From the NCBI GenBank assembly GCA_964016885.1, contig OZ024741.1, positions 27,032,001-27,096,000 of the forward strand: a stretch of 64,000 nucleotides of DNA, read 5' to 3'. The notes beneath the pieces are model-generated. The model saw nothing but the letters and a program-made list of their open reading frames with translations, made no database searches and had not been told where the DNA came from. The stretch comes from Eledone cirrhosa. Taxonomy: Eukaryota. Position numbers and translations under genes: made by a program. Positions 46,701-61,700 of this stretch are shown here, in pieces (positions within the stretch are counted from its first letter, which is position 1; every line of letters starts with the position of its first letter).

Positions 46701-49700
46701 AGCCATCCAACCATCCAACCACCTGTCCAGCCATCCAACCATCCAACCACCTGTCCAGCCATCCAACCATTCATCCAGACTACACCTCCCACCCCTGGCC
46801 ACTTAGACCACCTAGACCAACCATCCAACCACCTGTCCAGCCATCCAACCATTCATCCAGACTACACCCCCTACCCCTGGCCACTTAGACCATCTAGACC
46901 AACCATCCAACCACCTGTCCAGCCATCCAACCATTCATCCAGACTACACCCCCACCCCTGGCCACTCAGACCACCTAGACCAACCATCCAACCACCTGTC
47001 CAGCCATCCAACCATCCAACCACCTGTCCATCCATCCAACCATTCATCCAGACTACACCCCCACCCCTGGCCACTCAGACCACCTAGACCAACCATCCAA
47101 CCACCTGTCCAGCCATCCAACCATCCAACCACCTGTCCAGCCATCCAACCATTCATCCAGACTACACCTCCCACCCCTGGCCACTTAGACCACCTAGACC
47201 AACCATCCAACCACCTGTCCAGCCATCCAACCATTCATCCAGACTACACCCCCTACCCCTGGCCACTTAGACCATCTAGACCAACCATCCAACCACCTGT
47301 CCAGCCATCCAACCATTCATCCAGACTACACCCCCACCCCTGGCCACTCAGACCACCTAGACCAACCATCCAACCACCTGTCCATCCATCCAACCATTCA
47401 TCCAGACTACACCCCCACCCCTGGCCACTCAGACCACCTAGACCAACCATCCAACCACCTGTCCATCCATCCAACCATTCATCCAGACTACACCCCCACC
47501 CCTGGCCACTTAGACCACCTAGACCAACCATCCAACCACCTGTCCAGCCATCCAACCATTCATCCAGACTACACCCCCACCCCTGGCCACTTAGACCACC
47601 TAGACCAACCATCCAACCACCTGTCCAGCCATCCAACCATTCATCCAGACTACACCTCCCACCCCTGGCCACTTAGACCACCTAGACCAACCATCCAACC
47701 ACCTGTCCAGCCATCCAACCATTCATCCAGACTACACCCCCACCCCTGGCCACTCAGACCACCTAGACCAACCATCCAACCACCTGTCCATCCATCCAAC
47801 CATTCATCCAGACTACACCCCCACCCCTGGCCACTCAGACCACCTAGACCAACCATCCAACCACCTGTCCATCCATCCAACCATTCATCCAGACTACACC
47901 CCCACCCCTGGCCACTCAGACCACCTAGACCAACCATCCAACCACCTGTCCAGCCATCCAACCATCCAACCACCTGTCCAGCCATCCAACCATTCATCCA
48001 GACTACACCCCCCACCCCTGGCCACTTAGACCACCTAGACCAACCATCCAACCACCTGTCCAGCCATCCAACCATTCATCCAGACTACACCCCCCACCCC
48101 TGGCCACTCAGACCACCTAGACCAACCATCCAACCACCTGTCCAGCCATCCAACCATTCATCCAGACTACACCCCCACCCCTGGCCACTTAGACCACCTA
48201 GACCAACCATCCAACCACCTGTCCAGCCATCCAACCATTCATCCAGACTACACCTCCCACCCCTGGCCACTCAGACCACCTAGACCAACCATCCAACCAC
48301 CTGTGCAGCCATCCAACCATTCATCCAGACTACACCCCCACCCCTGGCCACTTAGACCACCTAGACCAACCATCCAACCACCTGTCCAGCCATCCAACCA
48401 TTCATCCAGACTACACCCCCACCCCTGGCCACTTAGACCACCTAGACCAACCATCCAACCACCTGTCCAGCCATCCAACCATTCATCCAGACTACACCCC
48501 CACCCCTGGCCACTTAGACCATCTAGACCAACCATCCAACCACCTGTCCAGCCATCCAACCATTCATCCAGACTACACCCCCACCCCTGGCCACTTAGAC
48601 CACCTAGACCAACCATCCAACCACCTGTCCAGCCATCCAACCATTCATCCAGACTACACCCCCACCCCTGGCCACTTAGACCATCTAGACCAACCATCCA
48701 ACCACCTGTCCAGCCATCCAACCATTCATCCAGACTACACCCCCACCCCTGGCCACTTAGACCACCTAGACCAACCATCCAACCACCTGTCCAGCCATCC
48801 AACCATTCATCCAGACTACACCCCCACCCCTGGCCACTTAGACCACCTAGACCAACCATCCAACCACCTGTCCAGCCATCCAACCATTCATCCAGACTAC
48901 ACCCCCACCCCTGGCCACTTAGACCACCTAGACCAACCATCCAACCACCTGTCCAGCCATCCAACCATTCATCCAGACTACACCTCCCACCCCTGGCCAC
49001 TCAGACCACCTAGACCAACCATCCAACCACCTGTGCAGCCATCCAACCATTCATCCAGACTACACCCCCACCCCTGGCCACTTAGACCACCTAGACCAAC
49101 CATCCAACCACCCGTCCAGCCATCCAACCATTCATCCAGACTACACCCCCACCCCTGGCCACTTAGACCACCTAGACCAACCATCCAACCACCTGTCCAG
49201 CCATCCAACCATTCATCCAGACTACACCCCCACCCCTGGCCACTTAGACCACCTAGACCAACCATCCAACCACCTGTCCAGCCATCCAACCATTCATCCA
49301 GACTACACCCCCACCCCTGGCCACTTAGACCACCTAGACCAACCATCCAACCACCTGTCCAGCCATCCAACCATTCATCCAGACTACACCTCCCACCCCT
49401 GGCCACTCAGACCACCTAGACCAACCACCTGTCCAGCCATCCAACCATTCATCCAGACTACACCCCCACCCCTGGCCACTTAGACCACCTAGACCAACCA
49501 TCCAACCACCTGTCCAGCCATCCAACCATTCATCCAGACTACACCCCTACCCCTGGCCACTTAGACCACCTAGACCAACCATCCAACCACCTGTCCAGCC
49601 ATCCAACCATTCATCCAGACTACACCCCTACCCCTGGCCACTTAGACCACCTAGACCAACCATCCAACCACCTGTCCAGCCATCCAACCATTCATCCAGA

Positions 49701-52700
49701 CTACACCCCTACCCCTGGCCACTTAGACCACCTAGACCAACCATCCAACCACCTGTCCAGCCATCCAACCATTCATCCAGACTACACCCCTACCCCTGGC
49801 CACTTAGACCACCTAGACCAACCATCCAACCACCTGTCCAGCCATCCAACCATTCATCCAGACTACACCCCCCACCCCTGGCCACTTAGACCATCTAGAC
49901 CAACCATCCAACCACCTGTCCAGCCATCCAACCATTCATCCAGACTACACCCCTACCCCTGGCCACTTAGACCATCTAGACCAACCATCCAACCACCTGT
50001 CCAGCCATCCAACCATTCATCCAGACTACACCCCCCACCCCTGGCCACTTAGACCATCTAGACCAACCATCCAACCACCTGTCCAGCCATCCAACCATTC
50101 ATCCAGACTACACCCCTACCCCTGGCCACTTAGACCACCTAGACCAACCATCCAACCACCTGTCCAGCCATCCAACCATTCATCCAGACTACACCCCTAC
50201 CCCTGGCCACTTAGACCACCTAGACCAACCATCCAACCACCTGTCCAGCCATCCAACCATTCATCCAGACTACACCCCCACCCCTGGCCACTTAGACCAT
50301 CTAGACCAACCATCCAACCACCTGTCCAGCCATCCAACCATTCATCCAGACTACACCCCCACCCCTGGCCACTTAGACCACCTAGACCAACCATCCAACC
50401 ACCTGTCCAGCCATCCAACCATTCATCCAGACTACACCCCCACCCCTGGCCACTTAGACCATCTAGACCAACCATCCAACCACCTGTCCAGCCATCCAAC
50501 CATTCATCCAGACTACACCCCCCACCCCTGGCCACTTAGACCATCTAGACCAACCATCCAACCACCTGTCCAGCCATCCAACCATTCATCCAGACTACAC
50601 CTCCCACCCCTGGCCACTCAGACCACCTAGACCAACCATCCAACCACCTGTCCAGCCATCCAACCATTCATCCAGACTACACCCCTACCCCTGGCCACTT
50701 AGACCACCTAGACCAACCATCCAACCACCTGTCCAGCCATCCAACCATTCATCCAGACTACACCTCCCACCCCTGGCCACTCAGACCACCTAGACCAACC
50801 ATCCAACCACCTGTCCAGCCATCCAACCATTCATCCAGACTACACCTCCCACCCCTGGCCACTCAGACCACCTAGACCAACCATCCAACCACCTGTCCAG
50901 CCATCCAACCATTCATCCAGACTACACCCCCCACCACTGGCCACTTAGACCACCTAGACCAACCATCCAACCACCTGTCCAGCCATCCAACCATTCATCC
51001 AGACTACACCCCTACCCCTGGCCACTTAGACCACCTAGACCAACCATCCAACCACCTGTCCAGCCATCCAACCATTCATCCAGACTACACCCCCACCCCT
51101 GGCCACTTAGACCACCTAGACCAACCATCCAACCACCTGTCCAGCCATCCAACCATTCATCCAGACTACACCTCCCACCCCTGGCCACTCAGACCACCTA
51201 GACCAACCATCCAACCACCTGTCCAGCCATCCAACCATTCATCCAGACTACACCCCCACCCCTGGCCACTTAGACCATCTAGACCAACCATCCAACCACC
51301 TGTCCAGCCATCCAACCATTCATCCAGACTACACCCCCCACCCCTGGCCACTCAGACCACCTAGACCAACCATCCAACCACCTGTCCAGCCATCCAACCA
51401 TTCATCCAGACTACACCCCCACCCCTGGCCACTCAGACCACCTAGACCAACCATCCAACCACCTGTCCAGCCATCCAACCATTCATCCAGACTACACCCC
51501 CACCCCTGGCCACTTAGACCACCTAGACCAACCATCCAACCACCTGTGCAGCCATCCAACCATTCATCCAGACTACACCCCCCACCACTGGCCACTTAGA
51601 CCATCTAGACCAACCATCCAACCACCTGTCCAGCCATCCAACCATTCATCCAGACTACACCCCCACCCCTGGCCACTTAGACCACCTAGACCAACCATCC
51701 AACCACCTGTGCAGCCATCCAACCATTCATCCAGACTACACCTCCCACCCCTGGCCACTCAGACCACCTAGACCAACCATCCAACCACCTGTCCAGCCAT
51801 CCAACCATTCATCCAGACTACACCCCCACCCCTGGCCACTTAGACCACCTAGACCAACCATCCAACCACCTGTCCAGCCATCCAACCATTCATCCAGACT
51901 ACACCCCCACCCCTGGCCACTTAGACCACCTAGACCAACCATCCAACCACCTGTGCAGCCATCCAACCATTCATCCAGACTACACCCCCCACCACTGGCC
52001 ACTTAGACCACCTAGACCAACCATCCAACCACCTGTCCAGCCATCCAACCATTCATCCAGACTACACCCCCACCCCTGGCCACTTAGACCACCTAGACCA
52101 ACCATCCAACCACCTGTGCAGCCATCCAACCATTCATCCAGACTACACCCCCCACCACTGGCCACTTAGACCACCTAGACCAACCATCCAACCACCTGTC
52201 CAGCCATCCAACCATTCATCCAGACTACACCCCCCACCCTTGGCTACTTAGACCATCTAGACCAACCATCCAACCACCTGTCCAGCCATCCAACCATTCA
52301 TCCAGACTACACCCCCACCCCTGGCCACTTAGACCACCTAGACCAACCATCCAACCACCTGTGCAGCCATCCAACCATTCATCCAGACTACACCTCCCAC
52401 CCCTGGCCACTCAGACCACCTAGACCAACCATCCAACCACCTGTCCAGCCATCCAACCATTCATCCAGACTACACCCCCACCCCTGGCCACTTAGACCAC
52501 CTAGACCAACCATCCAACCACCTGTCCAGCCATCCAACCATTCATCCAGACTACACCCCCACCCCTGGCCACTTAGACCACCTAGACCAACCATCCAACC
52601 ACCTGTGCAGCCATCCAACCATTCATCCAGACTACACCCCCCACCACTGGCCACTTAGACCACCTAGACCAACCATCCAACCACCTGTCCAGCCATCCAA

Positions 52701-55700
52701 CCATTCATCCAGACTACACCTCCCACCCCTGGCCACTCAGACCACCTAGACCAACCATCCAACCACCTGTCCAGCCATCCAACCATTCATCCAGACTACA
52801 CCCCCACCCCTGGCCACTTAGACCACCTAGACCAACCATCCAACCACCTGTGCAGCCATCCAACCATTCATCCAGACTACACCCCCCACCACTGGCCACT
52901 TAGACCACCTAGACCAACCATCCAACCACCTGTCCAGCCATCCAACCATTCATCCAGACTACACCCCCACCCCTGGCCACTTAGACCACCTAGACCAACC
53001 ATCCAACCACCTGTGCAGCCATCCAACCATTCATCCAGACTACACCCCCCACCACTGGCCACTTAGACCACCTAGACCAACCATCCAACCACCTGTCCAG
53101 CCATCCAACCATTCATCCAGACTACACCCCCACCCCTGGCCACTTAGACCACCTAGACCAACCATCCAACCACCTGTGCAGCCATCCAACCATTCATCCA
53201 GACTACACCCCCCACCACTGGCCACTTAGACCATCTAGACCAACCATCCAACCACCTGTCCAGCCATCCAACCATTCATCCAGACTACACCCCCACCCCT
53301 GGCTACTCAGACCACCTAGACCAACCATCCAACCACCTGTCCAGCCATCCAACCATTCATCCAGACTACACCCCCACCCCTGGCCACTTAGACCACCTAG
53401 ACCAACCATCCAACCACCTGTGCAGCCATCCAACCATTCATCCAGACTACACCCCCCACCACTGGCCACTTAGACCACCTAGACCAACCATCCAACCACC
53501 TGTCCAGCCATCCAACCATTCATCCAGACTACACCCCCACCCCTGGCCACTTAGACCATCTAGACCAACCATCCAACCACCTGTCCAGCCATCCAACCAT
53601 TCATCCAGACTACACCCCCCACCACTGGCCACTTAGACCACCTAGACCAACCATCCAACCACCTGTCCAGCCATCCAACCATTCATCCAGACTACACCCC
53701 CCACCCTTGGCTACTTAGACCATCTAGACCAACCATCCAACCACCTGTCCAGCCATCCAACCATTCATCCAGACTACACCCCCCACCCTTGGCTACTTAG
53801 ACCATCTAGACCAACCATCCAACCACCTGTCCAGCCATCCAACCATTCATCCAGATTACACCTCCCACCCCTGGCCACTCAGACCACCTAGACCAACCAT
53901 CCAACCACCTGTCCAGCCATCCAACCATTCATCCAGACTACACCCCCACCCCTGGCCACTCAGACCACCTAGACCAACCATCCAACCACCTGTCCAGCCA
54001 TCCAACCATTCATCCAGACTACACCCCCACCCCTGGCCACTTAGACCACCTAGACCAACCATCCAACCACCTGTGCAGCCATCCAACCATTCATCCAGAC
54101 TACACCTCCCACCCCTGGCCACTCAGACCACCTAGACCAACCATCCAACCACCTGTCCAGCCATCCAACCATTCATCCAGACTACACCCCCACCCCTGGC
54201 CACTTAGACCACCTAGACCAACCATCCAACCACCTGTCCAGCCATCCAACCATTCATCCAGACTACACCCCCACCCCTGGCCACTTAGACCACCTAGACC
54301 AACCATCCAACCACCTGTGCAGCCATCCAACCATTCATCCAGACTACACCCCCCACCACTGGCCACTTAGACCACCTAGACCAACCATCCAACCACCTGT
54401 CCAGCCATCCAACCATTCATCCAGACTACACCCCCCACCCTTGGCTACTTAGACCATCTAGACCAACCATCCAACCACCTGTCCAGCCATCCAACCATTC
54501 ATCCAGACTACACCCCCACCCCTGGCCACTTAGACCACCTAGACCAACCATCCAACCACCTGTCCAGCCATCCAACCATTCATCCAGACTACACCCCCAC
54601 CCCTGGCCACTTAGACCACCTAGACCAACCATCCAACCACCTGTCCAGCCATCCAACCATTCATCCAGACTACACCCCCACCCCTGGCCACTTAGACCAC
54701 CTAGACCAACCATCCAACCACCTGTCCAGCCATCCAACCATTCATCCAGACTACACCCCCACCCCTGGCCACTTAGACCACCTAGACCAACCATCCAACC
54801 ACCTGTCCAGCCATCCAACCATTCATCCAGACTACACCCCCACCCCTGGCCACTCAGACCACCTAGACCAACCATCCAACCACCTGTCCAGCCATCCAAC
54901 CATTCATCCAGACTACACCCCCACCCCTGGCCACTTAGACCACCTAGACCAACCATCCAACCACCTGTCCAGCCATCCAACCATTCATCCAGACTACACC
55001 CCCACCCCTGGCCACTTAGACCACCTAGACCAACCATCCAACCACCTGTCCAGCCATCCAACCATTCATCCAGACTACACCCCCACCCCTGGCCACTCAG
55101 ACCACCTAGACCAACCATCCAACCACCTGTGCAGCCATCCAACCATTCATCCAGACTACACCCCCCACCACTGGCCACTTAGACCACCTAGACCAACCAT
55201 CCAACCACCTGTCCAGCCATCCAACCATTCATCCAGACTACACCCCCCACCCTTGGCTACTTAGACCATCTAGACCAACCATCCAACCACCTGTCCAGCC
55301 ATCCAACCATTCATCCAGACTACACCCCCACCCCTGGCCACTTAGACCACCTAGACCAACCATCCAACCACCTGTCCAGCCATCCAACCATTCATCCAGA
55401 CTACACCCCCACCCCTGGCCACTTAGACCACCTAGACCAACCATCCAACCACCTGTGCAGCCATCCAACCATTCATCCAGACTACACCTCCCACCCCTGG
55501 CCACTCAGACCACCTAGACCAACCATCCAACCACCTGTCCAGCCATCCAACCATTCATCCAGACTACACCCCTACCCCTGGCCACTTAGACCACCTAGAC
55601 CAACCATCCAACCACCTGTGCAGCCATCCAACCATTCATCCAGACTACACCTCCCACCCCTGGCCACTCAGACCACCTAGACCAACCATCCAACCACCTG

Positions 55701-58700
55701 TCCAGCCATCCAACCATTCATCCAGACTACACCCCCACCCCTGGCCACTTAGACCACCTAGACCAACCATCCAACCACCTGTGCAGCCATCCAACCATTC
55801 ATCCAGACTACACCTCCCACCCCTGGCCACTCAGACCACCTAGACCAACCATCCAACCACCTGTCCAGCCATCCAATCATTCATCCAGACTACACCCCCA
55901 CCCCTGGCCACTTAGACCACCTAGACCAACCATCCAACCACCTGTCCAGCCATCCAACCATTCATCCAGACTACACCTCCCACCCCTGGCCACTCAGACC
56001 ACCTAGACCAACCATCCAACCACCTGTCCAGCCATCCAACCATTCATCCAGACTACACCCCCACCCCTGGCCACTCAGACCACCTAGACCAACCATCCAA
56101 CCACCTGTGCAGCCATCCAACCATTCATCCAGACTACACCCCCCACCACTGGCCACTTAGACCACCTAGACCAACCATCCAACCACCTGTCCAGCCATCC
56201 AACCATTCATCCAGACTACACCCCCCACCCCTTGGCTACTTAGACCATCTAGACCAACCATCCAACCACCTGTCCAGCCATCCAACCATTCATCCAGACT
56301 ACACCCCCACCCCTGGCCACTTAGACCACCTAGACCAACCATCCAACCACCTGTGCAGCCATCCAACCATTCATCCAGACTACACCTCCCACCCCTGGCC
56401 ACTCAGACCACCTAGACCAACCATCCAACCACCTGTCCAGCCATCCAACCATTCATCCAGACTACACCCCCACCCCTGGCCACTTAGACCACCTAGACCA
56501 ACCATCCAACCACCTGTCCAGCCATCCAACCATTCATCCAGACTACACCCCCACCCCTGGCCACTCAGACCACCTAGACCAACCATCCAACCACCTGTGC
56601 AGCCATCCAACCATTCATCCAGACTACACCCCCCACCACTGGCCACTTAGACCACCTAGACCAACCATCCAACCACCTGTCCAGCCATCCAACCATTCAT
56701 CCAGACTACACCCCCCACCCTTGGCTACTTAGACCATCTAGACCAACCATCCAACCACCTGTCCAGCCATCCAACCATTCATCCAGACTACACCCCCACC
56801 CCTGGCCACTTAGACCACCTAGACCAACCATCCAACCACCTGTCCAGCCATCCAACCATTCATCCAGACTACACCCCCACCCCTGGCCACTTAGACCACC
56901 TAGACCAACCATCCAACCACCTGTGCAGCCATCCAACCATTCATCCAGACTACACCTCCCACCCCTGGCCACTCAGACCACCTAGACCAACCATCCAACC
57001 ACCTGTCCAGCCATCCAACCATTCATCCAGACTACACCTCCCACCCCTGGCCACTCAGACCACCTAGACCAACCATCCAACCACCTGTCCAGCCATCCAA
57101 CCATTCATCCAGACTACACCCCTACCCCTGGCCACTTAGACCACCTAGACCAACCATCCAACCACCTGTGCAGCCATCCAACCATTCATCCAGACTACAC
57201 CTCCCACCCCTGGCCACTCAGACCACCTAGACCAACCATCCAACCACCTGTCCAGCCATCCAACCATTCATCCAGACTACACCCCCACCCCTGGCCACTT
57301 AGACCACCTAGACCAACCATCCAACCACCTGTGCAGCCATCCAACCATTCATCCAGACTACACCTCCCACCCCTGGCCACTCAGACCACCTAGACCAACC
57401 ATCCAACCACCTGTCCAGCCATCCAATCATTCATCCAGACTACACCCCCACCCCTGGCCACTTAGACCACCTAGACCAACCATCCAACCACCTGTCCAGC
57501 CATCCAACCATTCATCCAGACTACACCCCCACCCCTGGCCACTTAGACCACCTAGACCAACCATCCAACCACCTGTCCAGCCATCCAACCATTCATCCAG
57601 ACTACACCCCCACCCCTGGCCACTCAGACCACCTAGACCAAACATCCAACCACCTGTCCAACCATCCAACCATTCATCCAGACTACACCCCCACCCCTGG
57701 CCACTTAGACCATCTAGACCAACCATCCAACCACCTGTCCAGCCATCCAACCATTCATCCATAATACACCCCCACCCCTGGCCACTCAGACCACCTAGAC
57801 CAACCATCCAACCACCTGTCCAGCCATCCAATCATTCATCCAGACTACACCCCCACCCCTGGCCACTCAGACCACCTAGACCAACCATCCAACCACCTGT
57901 CCAGCCATCCAACCATTCATCCAGACTACACCCCCACCCCTGGCCACTTAGACCACCTAGACCAACCATCCAACCACCTGTCCAGCCATCCAACCATTCA
58001 TCCAGACTACACCCCCACCCCTGGCCACTCAGACCACCTAGACCAAACATCCAACCACCTGTCCAACCATCCAACCATTCATCCAGACTACACCCCCACC
58101 CCTGGCCACTTAGACCATCTAGACCAACCATCCAACCACCTGTCCAGCCATCCAACCATTCATCCATAATACACCCCCACCCCTGGCCACTCAGACCACC
58201 TAGACCAACCATCCAACCACCTGTCCAGCCATCCAACCATTCATCCAGACTACACCCCCACCCCTGGCCACTCAGACCACCTAGACCAACCATCCAACCA
58301 CCTGTCCAGCCATCCAACCATTCATCCAGACTACACCCCCACCCCTGGCCACTCAGACCACCTAGACCAACCATCCAACCACCTGTCCAGCCATCCAACC
58401 ATTCATCCATAATACACCCCCACCCCTGGCCACTCAGACCACCTAGACCAACCATCCAACCACCTGTCCAGCCATCCAACCATTCATCCAGACTACACCC
58501 CCACCCCTGGCCACTCAGACCACCTAGACCAACCATCCAACCACCTGTCCAGCCATCCAACCATTCATCCAGACTACACCCCCACCCCTGGCCACTCAGA
58601 CCACCTAGACCAACCATCCAACCACCTGTCCAGCCATCCAACCATTCATCCAGACTACACCCCCACCCCTGGCCACTCAGACCACCTAGACCAACCATCC

Positions 58701-61700
58701 AACCACCTGTCCAGCCATCCAACCATTCATCCAGACTACACCCCCACCCCTGGCCACTTAGACCATCTAGACCAACCATCCAACCACCTGTCCAGCCATC
58801 CAACCATTCATCCAGACTACACCCCCACCCCTGGCCACTCAGACCACCTAGACCAACCATCCAACCACCTGTCCAGCCATCCAACCATTCATCCATAATA
58901 CACCCCCACCCCTGGCCACTCAGACCACCTAGACCAACCATCCAACCACCTGTCCAGCCATCCAACCATTCATCCAGACTACACCCCCACCCCTGGCCAC
59001 TCAGACCACCTAGACCAACCATCCAACCACCTGTCCAGCCATCCAACCATTCATCCAGACTACACCCCCACCCCTGGCCACTCAGACCACCTAGACCAAC
59101 CATCCAACCACCTGTCCAGCCATCCAACCATTCATCCAGACTACACCCCCACCCCTGGCCACTTAGACCATCTAGACCAACCATCCAACCACCTGTCCAG
59201 CCATCCAACCATTCATCCAGACTACACCCCCACCCCTGGCCACTTAGACCATCTAGACCAACCATCCAACCACCTGTCCAGCCATCCAACCATTCATCCA
59301 GACTACACCTCCCACCCCTGGCCACTTAGACCACCTAGACCAACCATCCAACCACCTGTCCAGCCATCCAACCATTCATCCAGACTACACCCCCTACCCC
59401 TGGCCTCTTAGACCATCTAGACCAACCATCCAACCACCTGTCCAGCCATCCAACCATTCATCCAGACTACACCTCCCACCCCTGGCCACTTAGACCACCT
59501 AGACCAACCATCCAACCACCTGTCCAGCCATCCAACCATTCATCCAGACTACACCTCCCACCCCTGGCCACTTAGACCACCTAGACCACCATCCAACCAC
59601 CTGTCCAGCCATCCAACCATTCATCCAGACTACACCTCCCACCCCTGGCCACTTAGACCACCTAGACCAACCATCCAACCACCTGTCCAGCCATCCAACC
59701 ATTCATCCAGACTACACCCCCACCCCTGGCCACTCAGACCACCTAGACCAACCATCCAACCACCTGTCCAGCCATCCAACCATTCATCCAGACTACACCC
59801 CCACCCCTGGCCACTTAGACCATCTAGACCAACCATCCAACCACCTGTCCAGCCATCCAACCATTCATCCAGACTACACCTCCCACCCCTGGCCACTCAG
59901 ACCGCCTAGACCATCCATCCAACCACCCGTCCAGCCATCCAACCATTCATCCAGACTACACCTCCCACCCCTGGCCACTTAGACCACCTAGACCAACCAT
60001 CCAACCACCTGTCCAGCCATCCAACCATTCATCCAGACTACACCTCCCACCCCTGGCCACTCAGACCGCCTAGACCATCCATCCAACCACCCGTCCAGCC
60101 ATCCAACCATTCATCCAGACTACACCTCCCACCCCTGGCCACTCAGACCACCTAGACCAACCATCCAACCACCTGTCCAGCCATCCAACCATTCATCCAG
60201 ACTACACCCCCACCCCTGGCCACTTAGACCATCTAGACCAACCATCCAACCACCTGTCCAGCCATCCAACCATTCATCCAGACTACACCCCCACCCCTGG
60301 CCACTCAGACCACCTAGACCAACCATCCAACCACCTGTCCAGCCATCCAACCATTCATCCAGACTACACCCCCACCCCTGGCCACTCAGACCACCTAGAC
60401 CAACCATCCAACCACCTGTCCAGCCATCCAACCATTCATCCAGACTACACCCCACCCCTGGCCACTCAGACCACCTAGACCAACCATCCAACCACCTGTC
60501 CAGCCATCCAACCATTCATCCAGACTACACCCCCACCCCTGGCCACTCAGACCACCTAGACCAACCATCCAACCACCTGTCCAGCCATCCAACCATTCAT
60601 CCAGACTACACCCCCACCCCTGGCCACTCAGACCACCTAGACCAACCATCCAACCACCTGTCCAGCCATCCAACCATTCATCCAGACTACACCCCCACCC
60701 CTGGCCACTCAGACCACCTAGACCAACCATCCAACCACCTGTCCATCCATCCAACCATTCATCCAGACTACACCCCCACCCCTGGCCACTCAGACCACCT
60801 AGACCAACCATCCAACCACCTGTCCAGCCATCCAACCATTCATCCAGACTACACCCCCACCCCTGGCCACTTAGACCACCTAGACCAAGCATCCAACCAC
60901 CTGTCCAGCCATCCAACCATTCATCCAGACTACACCCCCACCCCTGGCCACTCAGACCACCTAGACCAACCATCCAACCACCTGTCCAGCCATCCAACCA
61001 TTCATCCAGACTACACCCCCACCCCTGGCCACTCAGACCACCTAGACCAACCATCCAACCACCTGTCCAGCCATCCAACCATTCATCCAGACTACACCCC
61101 CACCCCTGGCCACTCAGACCACCTAGACCAACCATCCAACCACCTGTCCAGCCATCCAACCATTCATCCAGACTACACCCCCACCCCTGGCCACTCAGAC
61201 CACCTAGACCAACCATCCAACCACCTGTCCAGCCATCCAACCATTCATCCAGACTACACCCCCACCCCTGGCCACTCAGACCACCTAGACCAACCATCCA
61301 ACCACCTGTCCAGCCATCCAACCATTCATCCAGACTACACCCCCACCCCTGGCCACTCAGACCACCTAGACCAAGCATCCAACCACCTGTCCAGCCATCC
61401 AACCATTCATCCAGACTACACCCCCACCCCTGGCCACTCAGACCACCTAGACCAACCATCCAACCACCTGTCCATCCATCCAACCATTCATCCAGACTAC
61501 ACCCCCACCCCTGGCCACTCAGACCACCTAGACCAACCATCCAACCACCTGTCCAGCCATCCAACCATTCATCCAGACTACACCCCCACCCCTGGCCACT
61601 TAGACCACCTAGACCAAGCATCCAACCACCTGTCCAGCCATCCAACCATTCATCCAGACTACACCCCCACCCCTGGCCACTCAGACCACCTAGACCAACC